A stretch of DNA of 64,000 nucleotides from Paraspadella gotoi (lineage: Eukaryota > Animalia > Chaetognatha): assembly GCA_051294375.1 (NCBI GenBank), contig CM119263.1, forward strand, positions 25,634,436 to 25,698,435, in the 5' to 3' direction. The notes beneath the pieces were generated by a model. The model saw only the letters and a program-made list of their open reading frames with translations, was not told the DNA's origin and made no database searches. Shown here piece after piece: positions 60,219 through 64,000 of the stretch. The stretch's first letter is position 1, and the number at the start of each line of letters is the position of its first letter. The position numbers were made by a program, and so were the translations under genes.

Positions 60219-61505
60219 TCACCAATAAGCCACAACCGCGGCCTCGCCCGTCTGCGCCATCGTCGCGATAAGGGCATCGTCGACGATCATCTCCTTGACG
60301 CTGATCGGCTGCCGATGCACCTGATGCAGCAGCGTTCCTGCGCCTACGTCCCATACAAACACCCCGCGACAGTCTCCGGCGCTGACGAGACGCCGGCCCC
60401 GCAAGAAAAGGCGCCGAACGACGCCGACGTGGCCGCCGCGACGAGGTGGCGCCTTCAATCGGCGTAGAAAGGCGCCGGAGCGAGACCAAACCGCCAGTGC
60501 GGCGTCGGCGCCACCGGCGACGATGAAGCGTTCGTCGGCGGCGACGCAGTGAACCTCGGCGCCGAGTTCGTCGAGAATATCAAGGGCTGCGCCGGTGGCG
60601 GAGTCCCAGACGGCGAGGGAACCGTCGCCGCTGCCGGAGACGACGACGCCGCAGGAGATGTGGCAGCAGTAGACGCCCTCTAGGTGGCCCTGACAGACGC
60701 GGAGGACGTCTTGAGTCAACAAAAAAATAAAAAACGATGACGCTCTGGTTGTTATTCAACTTATAACAAAAAAAGCCCCCCCCCCAAAAAAAAAACCCTA
60801 TCGCGCCGTCAGCCCCATATAACCTCCAGTCTCCAAGACACGTAAGACGAGACGTCGGTCCCATGACCCCGTCACAAAGACGCTCTCTGCGCAGGCGCAA
60901 CACTCAACGTCGTCGTCGTGAACGTTGGCTCGGCTCCACGCCAACGCCGCGGCAAATCGCGTCACGCGCCAACCGCAAACGCTGTTGTCCGACGCCACGG
61001 TGACGGCGATGACGGGAAAGGAGAGGGCAGGAATAATCGCGGTCGCTGTAATTTTTTTACGTTTTAATAATTGTATACAAAAATATTTCAAGTTAATTAA
61101 ATGCGTTGTCCGAAACAAAAATAAAAACTTTTTCCTTTAAAGTGAAAATACATATTGAAGTAATCCTTTATTTTTCGTTGTTAGTAGTGATGAGAGAATT
61201 GACAAAGTTTTTGTTTGCAACGAATTTTATTTATAATTGAACAGACATGTTTCGACTTGTTTTACAAGCCTTCATTAAGCCTTTACGGTGATCGGCTGCC
61301 GATGCACCTGATGCAGCAGCCTTCCTGCGACTACGTCCCAGACAAACACCCCGCGACAGTCTCCGGCGCTGACGAGACGCCGGCCCCGCAAGAAAAGGCG
61401 CCGACCGACGCCGACGTGGCCGCCGCGACGAGGTGGCCATTCAATTATAAATAAAATTCGTTGCAAACAAAAACTTTGTCAATTCTCTAGTAAAAATACA
61501 AAACC

Positions 61506-61552
<47 letters not shown>

Positions 61553-63138
61553 AGCTGACCATCCGGTCCCGCTTTCGATCCCCGACGTCGATCGATGGGC
61601 GCCAACTCCATCATGGATATCGGCGCCGCGTGTCCGCCGACGGAGGCGCAGAGGACGCGGAACGCCGCAGCTCCGAGGCAGCAGAGCCGCAACCTGCCGT
61701 CGCTGCAGCCGAGGACGATCGTCTCCTGGTCAGGCAGGATTCTCAGCGTTGTCGCGTGGCCAGTCGCAATGCTTTAGAGGGAGCGAATGGAGATGTTAGG
61801 TTTATTTATTCAGAACAATTAGCTACATTAATTAACAGTAAATGTTTATCACTTTTCGCCCCGCTCTCTGCGACCGACTCCGACGATCTCTCCGGCGCCG
61901 TCGACGGTCGGATCAAGCGTCGCCCGCGTCTTCATCGTCCGCACGTCCCACACTCTCACGCGAGAGTCGACGCCGCCGGTAACGAATGACTCGTGACGCC
62001 GAGAAAAACCCAGAGAGGGCGTGCCGTTTGGCAAGGAGGCGCCACGATCGCGTGGGCGGGCGACGCCGAGGTCGGCGTAACGTCCGTGGCGCCAATTGGC
62101 ATCGAGGTGGGCGCCGCGAGCGAAGTGGCGGCGCCAGAAACAAGGCTCGAAGGATCGGCATCGGGTCGGAGTGGGCGGAGGGGCGTGGTCGATGCTGGGA
62201 GGAGTTTGAATTGGCGAGGGTCGCTGGAGTGGAGAGGGTGACGTTTGGCAGCCTGAGTAATTACAGTTGGTTGGGTTTGTTAATGTAGTAAATCGCCGTG
62301 TTTTCGTTATTATTATTTAGATTATCGGAAAAACCCGCAAAGAAGCTTTTATTGTTAAGAGTAAAGTTTGGAGTTAGTTGAGGGTCTGGGCCTTATCGTA
62401 AGAAGAAGATAGAAAGTATGGGTTAAACAGTTTAAGTGTTTAAGTGTTTATTGTCTAAAAGTCCTGGGCGGATAAGGTTAGTAGAAAAAGGCATCAGTCG
62501 AAGGAGAGATACAGAGTCTTCTACTGCTCGACCATCGGAGGAAGGATGAAGGATTGTGGTTAAAGTCAATAAAGTTAAAGTTTAAACTTACTTAAACTTA
62601 AACTTAAACAATAAACGACCTCTCTCTCTGATTCTTTCCTTCAGAAACCGAAATCGCTCCGTCATCACTGAGGCCGCGTTTTCAGCGCCACCAATCGACA
62701 GTTCCGTGTCGTTGTCCACCAACTCTTCGAAGCGCCATCTTTGTCCGTGGCGCCGCTCTTCGACGCGTCCCCTCCGCCCATCTCCCGGTCCCTGAAGTCA
62801 ACGCCGTTTTCGGGCGCCGTCGACTCGTTGCTGACCCAATCCGGCGGCGCGTAATTCGGCGCCTTGCTCTTTTGCCCAACAAAATTGAAAGAGGCCGACC
62901 ACAAGAGTCCCTGGCCGGCGCCGTCGCTGCATTTGCCTCCTGAACGCGGCAAGCCTCGTCGACGGCACACTTCGAGCCAAACCTCGTCGCGATCGATCCG
63001 ATCTCGCCACAGGCTGCAACAGAGCGAGCAGTTGGCCAGATCAGCGGCGTCCAGCCGCTTGAAGATCTCGAAGCCGATCTCTGGAGGAAGGCGGGAGCAA
63101 AAGTCTAGACCCTCCACGTCTCTGCTCGCGGTTTCCAT
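60219..63138 (-). CDS. F-box/WD40 (FBXW-like) protein; exons ~63138-62620, 62252-61853, 61771-61560, ~61013-60824, 60709-~60219
   Basis: F-box DFCSRLPPEIGFEIFKRLDAADLANCSLCCSLWRD; linker FWRRHF..AHLDANWRHGRY; WD40 repeats VTGGVDSRVRVWD, VTGSWDRRLVLR, GHLEGVYC..VSGSGDGSLAVWD, GHVGVVRRL..VSAGDCRGVFVWD. Several indels. Start could be 63258; the 3' end may splice further (TTG|gtgagg at ~60222). Confidence 0.85.
61193..61488. mobile_element. 296-bp element with perfect 49-bp terminal inverted repeats containing a copy of an F-box/WD40 exon fragment
   Basis: 61193-61241 is the exact reverse complement of 61440-61488; 61289-61437 copies 60302-60450 with 4 substitutions; no clear target-site duplication. 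Confidence 0.6.
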
Positions 63139-64000
63139 GTCTGCCGCGTGCCGAGAACCGGGATCGAACCCCGGACCTTGAATAGTCTTCGTCGGAAGTT
63201 TGTAGAAGAGGAAACGGGCAAGGACGGATTCTCTATACTGAGAGTTTGGACGAGACATAAAGACTCGATAGAAATTCTTCATATCTTTCCGATCTTGAAC
63301 GAGACAAGGTCGTTAACGGCGAATCAAAGTTCAGTGAACTTTGTAGTTTCGCCCCTACACGTTTAAGTTGAATAACAGAACGAACATTTTGTTTTGATTC
63401 ATACTTGATCTTTATTTTTATTTCCCAACAAAATTACTCGGTACAAAATAAAAAGATAATAAGTATTAAGGATATTTTTTGCCAAATATTTCGACTTATC
63501 AGTGGTAAAAGATTTAACAACTGATGATGACTTCAAAAAATAAGTCGATATATTTGCACAGCCTCTCCATAGTGAAAATACAAATAATACTGACAGTACT
63601 CACAGTGCGTTTGATGATTTTTAAAGAAAAAGATATTAAATTTTAAAAGCTTCAGTTCGAATCCTTGCTCATCTCTTTTTAATTTTTTTTTTGCAAATTA
63701 ATATTCATAGAAATAAATCCAACAAACTTTGTTATTTTCCTTTTACTCTGAGCTGACTGGTTAATACATCACATCAAAAACTAACACCTTTTGCATCGTA
63801 ATTAGTAATTTTAATCTTTTTTTAATCGAGTAACCATGAAAAACAACGCGGGTCAAAAGAATCACATTCGCTGAAATTGAATTCTCAAAAACAAAAACAA
63901 ATTTGGTTAGTTTGTTGACTAAGAATAGTTTCATGAAAAGATCACTCCATGTTTTAAACTTTATCTTTTTTAAATTTGTGGGCGAGGAAGTCAGGCGCGT

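Overview
Draft-quality invertebrate (probably protostome) genomic DNA. It is AT-rich, packed with (GA)n/(GAC)n microsatellites, has ten N-gaps and many 1-bp indels, and its exons are GC-rich islands. Nearly all ORF-track entries are microsatellite artefacts, so genes were rebuilt by hand from GT-AG sites and codon phase. (1) A long + strand DUF4140/DUF4139 (C. elegans F37C4.5 / bacterial MuiA-like) gene spans about 13.5-55.9 kb. Its variable middle appears to be encoded by three mutually exclusive modules: exon 42573-43171, exon 46792-47308, or the pair 51625-51839 + 52516-52679. All three enter in phase 2 and exit in phase 0. (2) A 4-exon ionotropic glutamate receptor / IR-like gene lacking the amino-terminal domain (48886-51292) is nested on the same strand inside that cassette. 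(3) A frameshifted, intronless KCTD-type BTB/POZ gene (from 31756) is nested in an earlier intron. (4) A - strand F-box/WD40 gene (about 60219-63138) carries, in one intron, a copy of part of its own exon flanked by perfect 49-bp inverted repeats. A 2.7-kb fold-back duplication (40.5-46.2 kb) and a 2.6-kb direct duplication (53.8-59.0 kb) are probably assembly artefacts. Family assignments come from remembered motifs, not database searches.
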